From the NCBI RefSeq assembly GCF_061322215.1, contig NZ_CM196105.1: DNA of 40,000 nucleotides. One strand, given 5' to 3'. A model generated the notes under the pieces. The model was not told the origin of the DNA, made no database searches, and saw only the letters and a program-made list of their open reading frames with translations. Both the position numbers and the translations under genes were made by a program. Below are positions 28,298 to 36,555 of the stretch, one piece after another (within the stretch, counting starts at the first letter, position 1; each line of letters opens with the position of its first letter).

Positions 28298-29028
28298 AAT
28301 ATATATCATTATTCTTGTTTATCCTGCTGTTGTGCGGTTGCAAGCAGCAGGAATTACTGAACCATCTTGATCAACAGCAAGCTAATGATGTCCTTGCTGT
28401 TTTACAAAGACATAATATTAATGCTGAGAAGAAGGATCAAGGCAAAATTGGATTTTCAATCTATGTAGAACCAACGGATTTTGCTTCTGCGGTGGATTGG
28501 CTAAAAATCTACAATCTCCCGGGTAAGCCTGATATTCAAATATCGCAGATGTTTCCTGCAGATGCACTCGTTTCCTCTCCACGAGCGGAAAAAGCAAGAT
28601 TGTATTCTGCTATTGAACAGCGTTTGGAGCAATCTCTCAAAATTATGGATGGCATTGTTTCTTCAAGAGTACATGTTAGTTACGATGTTGATACAGGTGA
28701 TAGTGGCAAAACTGCTTTACCAATTCATATTTCTGTACTTGCTGTATATGAAAAAGATATCAATCCAGAAATAAAAATAAATGACATTAAAAGATTTATT
28801 GTTAATAGCTTTGCAAGCGTACAATATGAGAATATTTCAGTCGTATTGTCAAAACGAAGAGATATTATTGAACAAGCACCAACATATGAAATTAACGAAC
28901 CTATTTTTGCTTATGATAAGACTATGCCGGTTTCTATCTTACTTGCATTAATGTCCATTGCGACTTGCTGGCTGTTATGGAAGTACAGGGCTATTCTAAC
29001 TAATTTAATCAGGTTAAAAAATAAGTAG
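28294..29028 (+). CDS. eprK: T3SS inner-membrane ring lipoprotein (SctJ; PrgK/EscJ family)
   Basis: ATGA overlap with eprJ. Lipobox LLLCGC. C-terminal TM anchor. Confidence 0.92.
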   Translation: MKYISLFLFILLLCGCKQQELLNHLDQQQANDVLAVLQRHNINAEKKDQGKIGFSIYVEPTDFASAVDWLKIYNLPGKPDIQISQMFPADALVSSPRAEKARLYSAIEQRLEQSLKIMDGIVSSRVHVSYDVDTGDSGKTALPIHISVLAVYEKDINPEIKINDIKRFIVNSFASVQYENISVVLSKRRDIIEQAPTYEINEPIFAYDKTMPVSILLALMSIATCWLLWKYRAILTNLIRLKNK

Positions 29029-29043
29029 ACATATGAGAACGTT

Positions 29044-29625
29044 ATGAATCTTGCCCTAAGAAAGATTATATATGATCCAATTAGTTATATTCATCCTCAA
29101 CGAGTAAGTTGGAATAATGCACGTATTAGCAATCCGGTACTTAGATCTATTACCAATGAAATGATACTCCTACAGTACAATCTTTCAGTTGAGCATTTTA
29201 GTCTGAATAGTTCACTTATTTACTACATAAACAATTGGAAATTATTTCCATTGATCTGTTTACTCAGTGGTTGTCACTTTTATCGAGAAAGGTTTGCAGA
29301 ACGCGGATTTTTTTACAAGGTTCCTGATGTGCTAAGGAATTATTTATCAGCGATACCGGTGGAAATAAATGAAAAGGCACGATATAAACCTGGCATCGTT
29401 AACTATCAGAATATCATCACATGTGGTTTTTCAACGTTGTTGCCCTATGTAAGGCAACAACCGTTGGCAATGCAGCAACGATTTAATTTATTATTTCCTG
29501 ATTTTGTTGACCACATACAATTGCCGTTACCAGTTGCGTCTACTCTTTTGGAGAGAATTACATTTTATGCGAAAAAAAATAGAGATGAGCTTGATAAACT
29601 CTCCTGCAAATGGTGTTGTGATTAA
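29044..29625 (+). CDS. ygeO: T3SS sorting-platform protein (SctK; OrgA-like)
   Basis: 193-aa ORF directly after eprK, where orgA sits in SPI-1. The gene symbol follows the K-12 remnant, as I recall it. Confidence 0.65.
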   Translation: MNLALRKIIYDPISYIHPQRVSWNNARISNPVLRSITNEMILLQYNLSVEHFSLNSSLIYYINNWKLFPLICLLSGCHFYRERFAERGFFYKVPDVLRNYLSAIPVEINEKARYKPGIVNYQNIITCGFSTLLPYVRQQPLAMQQRFNLLFPDFVDHIQLPLPVASTLLERITFYAKKNRDELDKLSCKWCCD

Positions 29626-30274
29626 AAGAATAATTTCTGATGGATTGAAAGAAATAGTTTCTCTAAAAGAACAGATCCTTCTTGAAACCACCGCAAAAAT
29701 TCAGAGTATTGAGGAAAAGAGAGAAGAAAAAATTATTCAAGGTTATTATGATGGCTATGCGAAAGGCATTATTGATGTGATGGATAATTTTATACCCTTG
29801 ATAAGTTTGCTGAGCTCAGAATTAGAAAAAAACAGAGTAAACATGATAAACGATCTGAAGAGCATATTGTTAAAATCTTCAGAGGAAGTTGAAGTTTTTA
29901 TCAAAATTTTTGAAAGTTGGGTAACAAAATTACCGTCAATATCAGGCCCTTTAAATCTCTATATACCTACCAGTTTCAAAGATAAGTCTATTGAAGTAGA
30001 GTCATATTTTGTCGACAAGTCAATATGGAATGTCCATATTTCATATCATGATGACAAACGTTTTATTTTTTTTACAGATCAATTTATTGCTGAATTTAGT
30101 CCGCAGGAATTTGTGGATAATTGTGAGCAATATTTAATTAGCAATCACTGTTTTTCCCCTGACAAGGTTAATGAAATCTGTGAACATGCCAGACATTATT
30201 TAGTTGAAAGAATGTGTGAAATAGATTCTTTGGCTATGAATAATTCTGATTTGACGAACCCAGAGGACTTATAG
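29567..30274 (+). CDS. ygeN: T3SS stator/ATPase regulator (SctL; OrgB-like, FliH family)
   Basis: Start at ATG 29567 (or 29585), inside the end of ygeO. E/K-rich coiled N-terminal part. Position matches orgB. Confidence 0.65.
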   Translation: MRKKIEMSLINSPANGVVIKRIISDGLKEIVSLKEQILLETTAKIQSIEEKREEKIIQGYYDGYAKGIIDVMDNFIPLISLLSSELEKNRVNMINDLKSILLKSSEEVEVFIKIFESWVTKLPSISGPLNLYIPTSFKDKSIEVESYFVDKSIWNVHISYHDDKRFIFFTDQFIAEFSPQEFVDNCEQYLISNHCFSPDKVNEICEHARHYLVERMCEIDSLAMNNSDLTNPEDL

Positions 30275-30496
30275 ATCACTGTCTCCGGTTTAATAACTTG
30301 AATATAATCTAATTCTAATATTTTAAACGCCTAATGATTTTTCAACACTGGTGTTATTCTGCTTACGCGAAAATTTTATTTTTAATTATATTTTATTATT
30401 ATTTCATCAATGTATTCTTTGGATTTTGCTTATAATAATAATGGAAGGGATGATTATAAATGAATGCGTTATTGCATTTACACTCAGGATGAATAT

Positions 30497-31129
30497 ATGG
30501 GAAAGATTAAAATTGTAGTTTCAGATCAGCAGCCGTTTATGATTGATGGGATAATTGGATTTCTCGGACATTATCCCGATTTATATGAGGTTGTTGGGGG
30601 CTATAAAGATCTGAAGAAAGCTATAGCGGAGTGTAACAAATCTGCAGCCCAAATATTTATTTTAGGAGAATTTGCAGGTGGAATGATGGGGTCCGAACTC
30701 ATAAAATGGGTTAAATCGCATAAAATAGATGCTCATATTATTACATTTGTAGCAAAAATGCCGTATATTGATTCAATAAAATTGCTTGAAGCCGGTGCGA
30801 AAGGATGCGTATGGAAAACCAGTCACCCGGCGAAACTAAATCGCGCTATTGATTCGATTAGTAATGGTTACACTTATTTTGATAGTGTACATATGGATTG
30901 TGAAAAAATATCTTCAAGATATTCCTCTGATAATCAACTTACAAATCGTGAGTCTGAAATACTACAACTCATAGCTGATGGAAAAACAAACAAAGAAATC
31001 GCTAATTTCTTGCAGTTAAGCAGGAAAACAGTCGAAACTCATAGACTCAATATCATGAAGAAATTAGATGTTCACAGTGGTATCGAGTTGATCAAAACAG
31101 CTTTACGTATGGGTGTTTGCACTATATAA
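30497..31129 (+). CDS. ygeK: NarL/FixJ-type response-regulator-like protein with LuxR HTH and an atypical receiver
   Basis: ATG at 30497 after AGGA (the track starts at 30464). Receiver-like N-domain. C-terminal HTH ([43 protein letters not shown]). Confidence 0.85.
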   Translation: MGKIKIVVSDQQPFMIDGIIGFLGHYPDLYEVVGGYKDLKKAIAECNKSAAQIFILGEFAGGMMGSELIKWVKSHKIDAHIITFVAKMPYIDSIKLLEAGAKGCVWKTSHPAKLNRAIDSISNGYTYFDSVHMDCEKISSRYSSDNQLTNRESEILQLIADGKTNKEIANFLQLSRKTVETHRLNIMKKLDVHSGIELIKTALRMGVCTI

Positions 31130-31146
31130 AAAAAGAGGCTTTAGGC

Positions 31147-31650
31147 TCATTTTGCTAAAGCCTTACGCTTGTCTATTTCATTAAGTCTGGTATATACAAC
31201 ATATATTTTTTTTGCATATTGCAGCCTCTTTTTTTGGTTTTCCATTGCAAAACCCGCGTTATATGTCCCCAGACATTGCCACGTTACCCCACAACGTGAA
31301 AAATGATTATATAAAATCTCGGTCCCTATTTTAATGTTCAGGCAGGGGTTATCTAACAAATCTCGTTCATCTTTTATTATTCCACGTTTTTTTAACATGG
31401 GAATGTGCATCTGGTTTATCTGCATTAAACCATAATCAAAACTCTTTATATTGTTTTTCTTATCCCTGTTCTTGCCGATGCTATCATTTTTTAAATTACT
31501 TTCAACAAGAGCGATAGCTTTGATCAAATTTGGTTCGATTCTGAAAATTGATCCTGCTTCATTAAAGCAAGCGCTACTGGCGAAAGACATTTTTGTAATT
31601 AATATAGAAAACATGAAGATGGATAAGATTTTAACTTTGGGTAAGCGCAT
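31147..31650 (-). CDS. pbl: Specialised lytic transglycosylase (IagB/IpgF family)
   Basis: Signal peptide and SLT motifs (AIALVESN with the catalytic Glu, GLMQIN, YNAG). Confidence 0.85.
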   Translation of the reverse strand: MRLPKVKILSIFMFSILITKMSFASSACFNEAGSIFRIEPNLIKAIALVESNLKNDSIGKNRDKKNNIKSFDYGLMQINQMHIPMLKKRGIIKDERDLLDNPCLNIKIGTEILYNHFSRCGVTWQCLGTYNAGFAMENQKKRLQYAKKIYVVYTRLNEIDKRKALAK

Positions 31651-31680
31651 ATATTTTTATGTGTAGGATTGAAGGAAAGG

Positions 31681-31711
31681 AACGAGATACTAATATATTC
31701 AGTATCTCGTT
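31681..31711 (-). terminator. Perfect 11-bp stem-loop between ygeI and pbl
   Basis: AACGAGATACT-N9-AGTATCTCGTT. On the minus strand it is followed by CCTTTCCTTC. Could be a terminator, attenuator or RNA-stability element. Confidence 0.4.
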
Positions 31712-31733
31712 AATCATTTAAGTGGTCAATTAT

Positions 31734-31952
31734 CTACCATTCCAGTTCATAGTAAGGAGAGATAGGATTATCTTTCGAATACATATCATTTTGAAAAGAT
31801 GCCATCCATGTTGAAACTATAAATGCTTGTATTTGATCTGTATCAGTAGCACTGGTGGTGATGTGTTTATCTAATGAAACGACTTCATCACTCGTTGCGG
31901 TTGCTATATTTAAACTTTGAGAAAAATTATTCATATTGATTGGATTAGTCAT
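31734..31952 (-). CDS. ygeI: 72-aa acidic protein of unknown function
   Basis: ATG at 31952, 6 nt after AGGGA (MTNPINMNNFSQ...). The longer track ORF (to 31994) lacks an SD. Confidence 0.7.
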   Translation of the reverse strand: MTNPINMNNFSQSLNIATATSDEVVSLDKHITTSATDTDQIQAFIVSTWMASFQNDMYSKDNPISPYYELEW

Positions 31953-32119
31953 AAAGTTCCCTTTTTTATTTGTCCAGGCCAATAGCCTATACACAATACT
32001 TTTTAATCTAGAGTATTTGATATATATTGCAATAAGGTAATTATCTTAGATGTTTTCATCTCTGTTGTTTACATAACCAGTTGCATACATCTAAACAATA
32101 AAATTGCGACAATAAAGAT

Positions 32120-33496
32120 TTATCGCATACAAATTCTCGTTAGTTGCTTTAGTTTCAAAATGTTGTCAATTATCACTCGATGGCTTTCACTCGAAGTTTC
32201 TTTATAGTAGAGTTTCATGTTGCTTTTGAGCGGGTTAGGCACATACATATCTACACACTCTTTTATCACAACTGCTTTTCGTCTTCTGGGTTCGAGTTGT
32301 AGTGATTTGTCTATACAAATCCTTGCCTCTTCAATTCTTTCATTATGAAAATTGACAAGTGCTCTATAGTAGTAGAGAGAGGCTATATCAGTTGTGTGTA
32401 TCTTAGCCTGTTCAAATAAGATATGAGATACTTTTGCTTGTCCAGACAAACCAGTTATCAGTCCCATAATAGCTAAAATTTTTCCATCGACATTGGTTAT
32501 GTCTGATACATAATGTAAAAGCTCTAATGCTTTTTGAGCAGCAAGTTCAAGTTCATACTTTCCATGAAGTGCCAAAGACATATGGCATTCCGCTAGCAGA
32601 CAATAACATTCTATTTTTAGCGTCTGTATATCACTTTTATTTTGTAATCCATCAAATATAGCCATAGCCCTGTAAATGCTTTCAGGAGTAAACTCGTAAA
32701 GTTCTTTCTTACCAGCCAACAGTTCATCTGATAAATAATGATTCTTGTAACCTTGGTTCGGTTTAGCTAATCTTACAGAACGCTCTGGATTATGTACCGT
32801 TTGAAGGATATTATCTATAATAAATTGTGATGTGTTATGTAGTTCATCAACAGGAAGATGATTACTGGCGATGAGGAAAAGATTTTTAGCGTCGATCAGT
32901 TCAATGTATAAAGTTTTCACCGCGTTATTCTGGTTTATTCTTCCTGTAACGAAATAATCTGGCTTGAATCTTCTCAAAAATGAATTTTGCGTTATGTGAT
33001 CATTACAAAAATTTGTCGCAGCCATCGGATAGGTATAAAGGCCATCGAATTTTTTATCCGAAATGTTTTGCACTAATTCCTGATTAAGTATTAATGGATC
33101 CAGGGTATTCAATGAAGTGGTGAAAGGAAATATAGCTATGGAATAGTCTGAAGTGTTATCTTCATTTATTTTAGTTTTGAAAACCTGTCCACTGAAACGA
33201 TAACCTTTCCGGTAGATTGTTTCTATGCAACGATCATAGCCAATTTTTTCAAAAATGCAGCGCAAAGAATAGATACATCTTGTCAGGGACTCGTCACTTA
33301 CAATAATATTTTTCCATACTGATTCGATGATCATATCTTTCAGGACAACATGACCAGCGGATTCAAGTAATACGATCAATACTCCTAACTCTTTCGGTGG
33401 AATATAAATCTGCTCATTTCCTTGAGTAAGAATTCCATCTTCCGTGAGCGTTAATCCCTCAAGAAAATGATATGAGAATTTATTTTCTAAGTCCAT
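32120..33496 (-). CDS. ygeH: HilA-like regulator (OmpR/ToxR-type winged helix plus C-terminal TPR-like repeats)
   Basis: 458 aa with an N-terminal trans_reg_C-type domain ([28 protein letters not shown]...YRKGYRF) and no TM segment. Confidence 0.85.
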   Translation of the reverse strand: MDLENKFSYHFLEGLTLTEDGILTQGNEQIYIPPKELGVLIVLLESAGHVVLKDMIIESVWKNIIVSDESLTRCIYSLRCIFEKIGYDRCIETIYRKGYRFSGQVFKTKINEDNTSDYSIAIFPFTTSLNTLDPLILNQELVQNISDKKFDGLYTYPMAATNFCNDHITQNSFLRRFKPDYFVTGRINQNNAVKTLYIELIDAKNLFLIASNHLPVDELHNTSQFIIDNILQTVHNPERSVRLAKPNQGYKNHYLSDELLAGKKELYEFTPESIYRAMAIFDGLQNKSDIQTLKIECYCLLAECHMSLALHGKYELELAAQKALELLHYVSDITNVDGKILAIMGLITGLSGQAKVSHILFEQAKIHTTDIASLYYYRALVNFHNERIEEARICIDKSLQLEPRRRKAVVIKECVDMYVPNPLKSNMKLYYKETSSESHRVIIDNILKLKQLTRICMR

Positions 33497-33771
33497 TAGT
33501 TAACCTCTATGAAAAAATTGGTTTCTTGCATCCTGCATAAGCAATAGAAATTGTGGCTATTCATATTTATGTGTCATTAATGCTACAGGAGTTTACATTC
33601 GACATATCTATGGTTGTGTTCACTAATTTATCTTAGGAATTCAGTGATGTAATCTGAAATAGCCTTATTCAATTTTGATAAAATAGATTGTTCTCTAACG
33701 CGTTGAAAAATAGTAATTTATAGTGTGTTCTTAACTGTTTTAAGATGTTGATTTAAGAAAACATAAGAGAA

Positions 33772-33805
33772 GCTGGTCATAGTGGTTAACTGCACTATAA
33801 CCAGC
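33772..33805 (-). terminator. Intrinsic terminator after ygeG
   Basis: Minus strand reads GCTGGTTATAGTG-loop-CACTATGACCAGC followed by TTCTCTTATGTTTTCTT. Confidence 0.65.
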
Positions 33806-33830
33806 AATTTTAACCAAATGCTTGTAATGC

Positions 33831-34322
33831 TTAGCCATTATCTTCTGAATTATCGGTTAAGAGTTCAATATATGCCTGCGCTTTGCTCTTAACACTTTCA
33901 TCCTCACAATTGTTAATAATATGATAGAAACATTGCATTGCGTTATCGATATTTTTAGCCCCAATTTGACATTGACCCATACGATAAATAACTGAATAGT
34001 CATCATACGGGGAGTAATTGTAACTTAGTTTGTAAAGGTCATATGCTTGTTGATATTTCTTTTTTGACTGGCATACTGATGCATAACCTTTTAGATATTC
34101 ATGATTTTCGAACGCATAAATGCACAGAAATTTATAATAAATTTCTGCGTCCGTTATATTACCTTTTTCATGGTAGTCGAATGCATATGCATATATTCTA
34201 TCAAGGATATCAGGAGTCAATCCATGTAGTAATGCCAGATTTTCTCCTTGCGATAATGCGTGTTTTAGTTGACTTGCCCATTCATCACTGTTATTGAATA
34301 TTTCAAGTGTATCTGTGCTCAT
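33831..34322 (-). CDS. ygeG: Class II T3SS chaperone, TPR type (SicA/IpgC/LcrH family)
   Basis: 163 aa with TPR-like repeats (AEIYYKFLCIYAFENHEYLKGYASVCQSKKKYQQAYDLY...). GAGGAA SD. Confidence 0.85.
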   Translation of the reverse strand: MSTDTLEIFNNSDEWASQLKHALSQGENLALLHGLTPDILDRIYAYAFDYHEKGNITDAEIYYKFLCIYAFENHEYLKGYASVCQSKKKYQQAYDLYKLSYNYSPYDDYSVIYRMGQCQIGAKNIDNAMQCFYHIINNCEDESVKSKAQAYIELLTDNSEDNG

Positions 34323-34378
34323 AATATTCCTCTGTGATGTGTTTCGTGATGCTAAATTATTATTGATTGACTCATTGA

Positions 34379-34404
34379 TTTTTTTTTTTTTTTTTTTTTT
34401 TTTT
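34379..34404. repeat. Homopolymer: 26 consecutive T (A26 on the ygeF/ygeG coding strand)
   Basis: Counted directly from the sequence. It ends 56 nt upstream of the ygeG ATG. Confidence 0.98.
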
Positions 34405-34566
34405 GCATTTATCTTTTTGAATTATGAGTTTTAAGCTTGCATTGCTTATGGGTATATTGGTTCATTATTAGTAAAAATACTGATCACTATAAACCAATAA
34501 TGTCATTAGTTGTTTTGCTAATATTCACCTTATTAGTTATCTTAATTACGACATTTCATAAATGCC

Positions 34567-35058
34567 TTAATGTGCATGGCCTGGATTCATATTATCAATT
34601 TCCATTTTTTCGATGAAAATTAAAAAAGGGATTTTTGCGAAGGGTAGTAAGTCGTCTGGTTTTTTTTCTTTATTATGTCTGGTGACGAGGGGGGATAGAA
34701 CGTCGGTACATATAGTAGAGAATTTATTCAGGTCTAAATTATTCTCTATTTTGGCCAGTTTTATGAGTTCATTTGTAGCCATACTCATTAAATCATCTGT
34801 TATCGGAAATTTATATATGCTCATAGCCGATAATATTGCTTGCTGAATTATTTCTTCAGAAATATCCGCTATCTTTATTGACAAATCATGTGTTAGATAT
34901 TTTCCTTCAAGAGATTCTTGTTCAATATAATTTAAACCAGACCTCATCGTAATTTTAACTGGATTCACGTATTTCTCTTCATTTTTCTTATTTTTGTTCT
35001 CCTGATCAGGAACTAATGGTTGCAGTGGTAGGCTATTATTAATATTTCGTGGCTTCAT
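34567..35058 (-). CDS. ygeF: 163-aa protein of unknown function (intact form of the K-12 ygeF remnant)
   Basis: Uninterrupted ORF upstream of ygeG on the same strand. No TM segment and no recognisable motif. Confidence 0.65.
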   Translation of the reverse strand: MKPRNINNSLPLQPLVPDQENKNKKNEEKYVNPVKITMRSGLNYIEQESLEGKYLTHDLSIKIADISEEIIQQAILSAMSIYKFPITDDLMSMATNELIKLAKIENNLDLNKFSTICTDVLSPLVTRHNKEKKPDDLLPFAKIPFLIFIEKMEIDNMNPGHAH

Positions 35059-35487
35059 TTTACATTTCTCTCATTTGATTAGAGCAAAATCCGAATTCGC
35101 AGCTTCTGATAATGTCAAATATCACCTTTTCTCATGCTTTATTCTATCAAAAATCGCTCATTTTTACTTTTTTTACCATAATGTTACTTAGTAGCATCGG
35201 CAATTTACATAACTTACATGTTGTTTTTTATATCCTGAAAAAACAGATAGATAGTGTGCACACTCGAAATGATATTGGTAACATAAATAGCTTTATTCGT
35301 GACAAACATCTCAAAAGATTTCCTTTATTATTTTCGAAATTCATTTGATCAAGGTTATCACCTTATGGAGACGTTACGTAGAATGACTATATTTGTTATC
35401 GGCACATTAGGGGTATTAAATTTAGTATTGATGGAAGGTGATTATTGAACAGTAACATCGAGTCACGGTAAAAATGTGAGGTATATA

Positions 35488-35913
35488 ATGGACATTGAGT
35501 TTTCGCAGATTCATGAAATGATCTATATGCATGATATTGTAAATTCGGACTCGAAAAAGAAACCAAGGATTCCGTTAAAAAAATTCCTTAATGCTGAGAA
35601 GGTTCTCACGCAAACAACATCATGGGTACTAAATTCAAGATATGTGAATGTTAATTCTGTCAGTAAAGTCAACGTAAAGAGTAAAGTTAAAAACAGTTAT
35701 ATCTCACGATCTGTCAATGATGAGTTTAGTTTAACAGATGATGAAATCAATTCTTTTAAAGAAACGTTAGTCCTTTCCTCTATTGATTCTCTAAGTAAAC
35801 TGGTTCTTAATAATCCTCTTTCTGTATTGTTTACATCGACTGTACGAAGGAATAATAATAGAGCTAAGATGAATGTTGAGTTCGACTCATGGATTTGCAC
35901 CAGATGTTGTTGA
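35488..35913 (+). CDS. yqeK: 141-aa S/N/K/V-rich protein of unknown function
   Basis: ATG at 35488, 8 nt after GAGG ([11 protein letters not shown]...). Opposite strand to its neighbours, as in K-12. Confidence 0.65.
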   Translation: MDIEFSQIHEMIYMHDIVNSDSKKKPRIPLKKFLNAEKVLTQTTSWVLNSRYVNVNSVSKVNVKSKVKNSYISRSVNDEFSLTDDEINSFKETLVLSSIDSLSKLVLNNPLSVLFTSTVRRNNNRAKMNVEFDSWICTRCC

Positions 35914-36141
35914 TACATGATATTTTACATTGCAAGGTGATATCTAAAATGAAAGATGTTGATCAAAACTTTGATGCTTTATACTGGCATATACTACAAG
36001 CATATTTAATTTTATTGTTTTATGATTAGCGAGGTTCCATCTTTTTGTTATCTATTTAAGTTTACCTTGTACAATGCATTATTGCTCTGTTACCAATACT
36101 CAAAATAAAAGCATGCTTACCTTACTTTAGTATATTATAGC

Positions 36142-36555
36142 TTACACTTTTTCTGGAAAGACATAAAAATCAGGAATAAGTTCTGCAAGTCTATCATCAT
36201 CGACTTGATCCATGATCTCAAATTTATTAACTTTCTTTGATGTTAAATGGGCTGTGTCATAGTTTTCAATCCATGTGTATTCAATATTTCGCCGTATTGA
36301 CTTACTTTCTCTGTTACCTTGTTGCCAGGTTCCGCTCAACGCAACAGTTCCTGTTTTATTTTTTTGGTTATACATAAAGTCGATGGTAAGATTTGCTCGC
36401 CCCTTGTCATTAAAAATTACCCAATTTGCAGTGCATGTTTCATTATATATCATTTTTTCTGCAGTATAAGAGTAAACAATGAAGAGAATAAACCCACTGA
36501 TAAAAACTAAAATAAATAATAAGTTTTTTTTATAATCAATCACGATTAGCCTCAC
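36142..36555 (-). CDS. yqeJ: Single-pass membrane protein, probable partner of YqeI (FidL/ToxS-like role inferred)
   Basis: N-terminal TM (LLFILVFISGFILFIVYSY). The most likely start is GTG at 36543, 6 nt after GAGG, overlapping the yqeI stop (GTGATTGA). 36555 is the maximal ORF. Confidence 0.65.
   Translation of the reverse strand: MRLIVIDYKKNLLFILVFISGFILFIVYSYTAEKMIYNETCTANWVIFNDKGRANLTIDFMYNQKNKTGTVALSGTWQQGNRESKSIRRNIEYTWIENYDTAHLTSKKVNKFEIMDQVDDDRLAELIPDFYVFPEKV

Noticed and set aside
30441-30515. 24-codon upstream ORF overlapping the ygeK start
   Set aside because: It has no SD and nothing distinguishes it from chance in AT-rich DNA.
31137-31162. Hairpin GGCTTTAG-N10-CTAAAGCC between ygeK and pbl as a terminator
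   Set aside because: The right arm lies inside the last pbl codons, and neither strand has a U-rich tail. It is too weak to call.
31451-31666. 71-aa ORF (+) antisense to pbl; also 34043-34297, 34613-34846, 36275-36510, 36606-36791, 37137-37355 and 38952-39761 antisense or off-frame to ygeG, ygeF, yqeJ, yqeI and yqeG
   Set aside because: These are shadow ORFs within better-supported genes, with no SDs.
35112-35348. 78-aa ORF (+) in the ygeF-yqeK gap
   Set aside because: It has no SD before the ATG, an odd composition and no recognisable motif. It sits where the ygeF promoter region should be. It cannot be excluded but is not supportable.
35949-36029. 26-codon ORF (MKDVDQNFDALYWHILQAYLILLFYD) downstream of yqeK
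   Set aside because: It has no SD and lies in a convergent-gene spacer, so it is probably chance.
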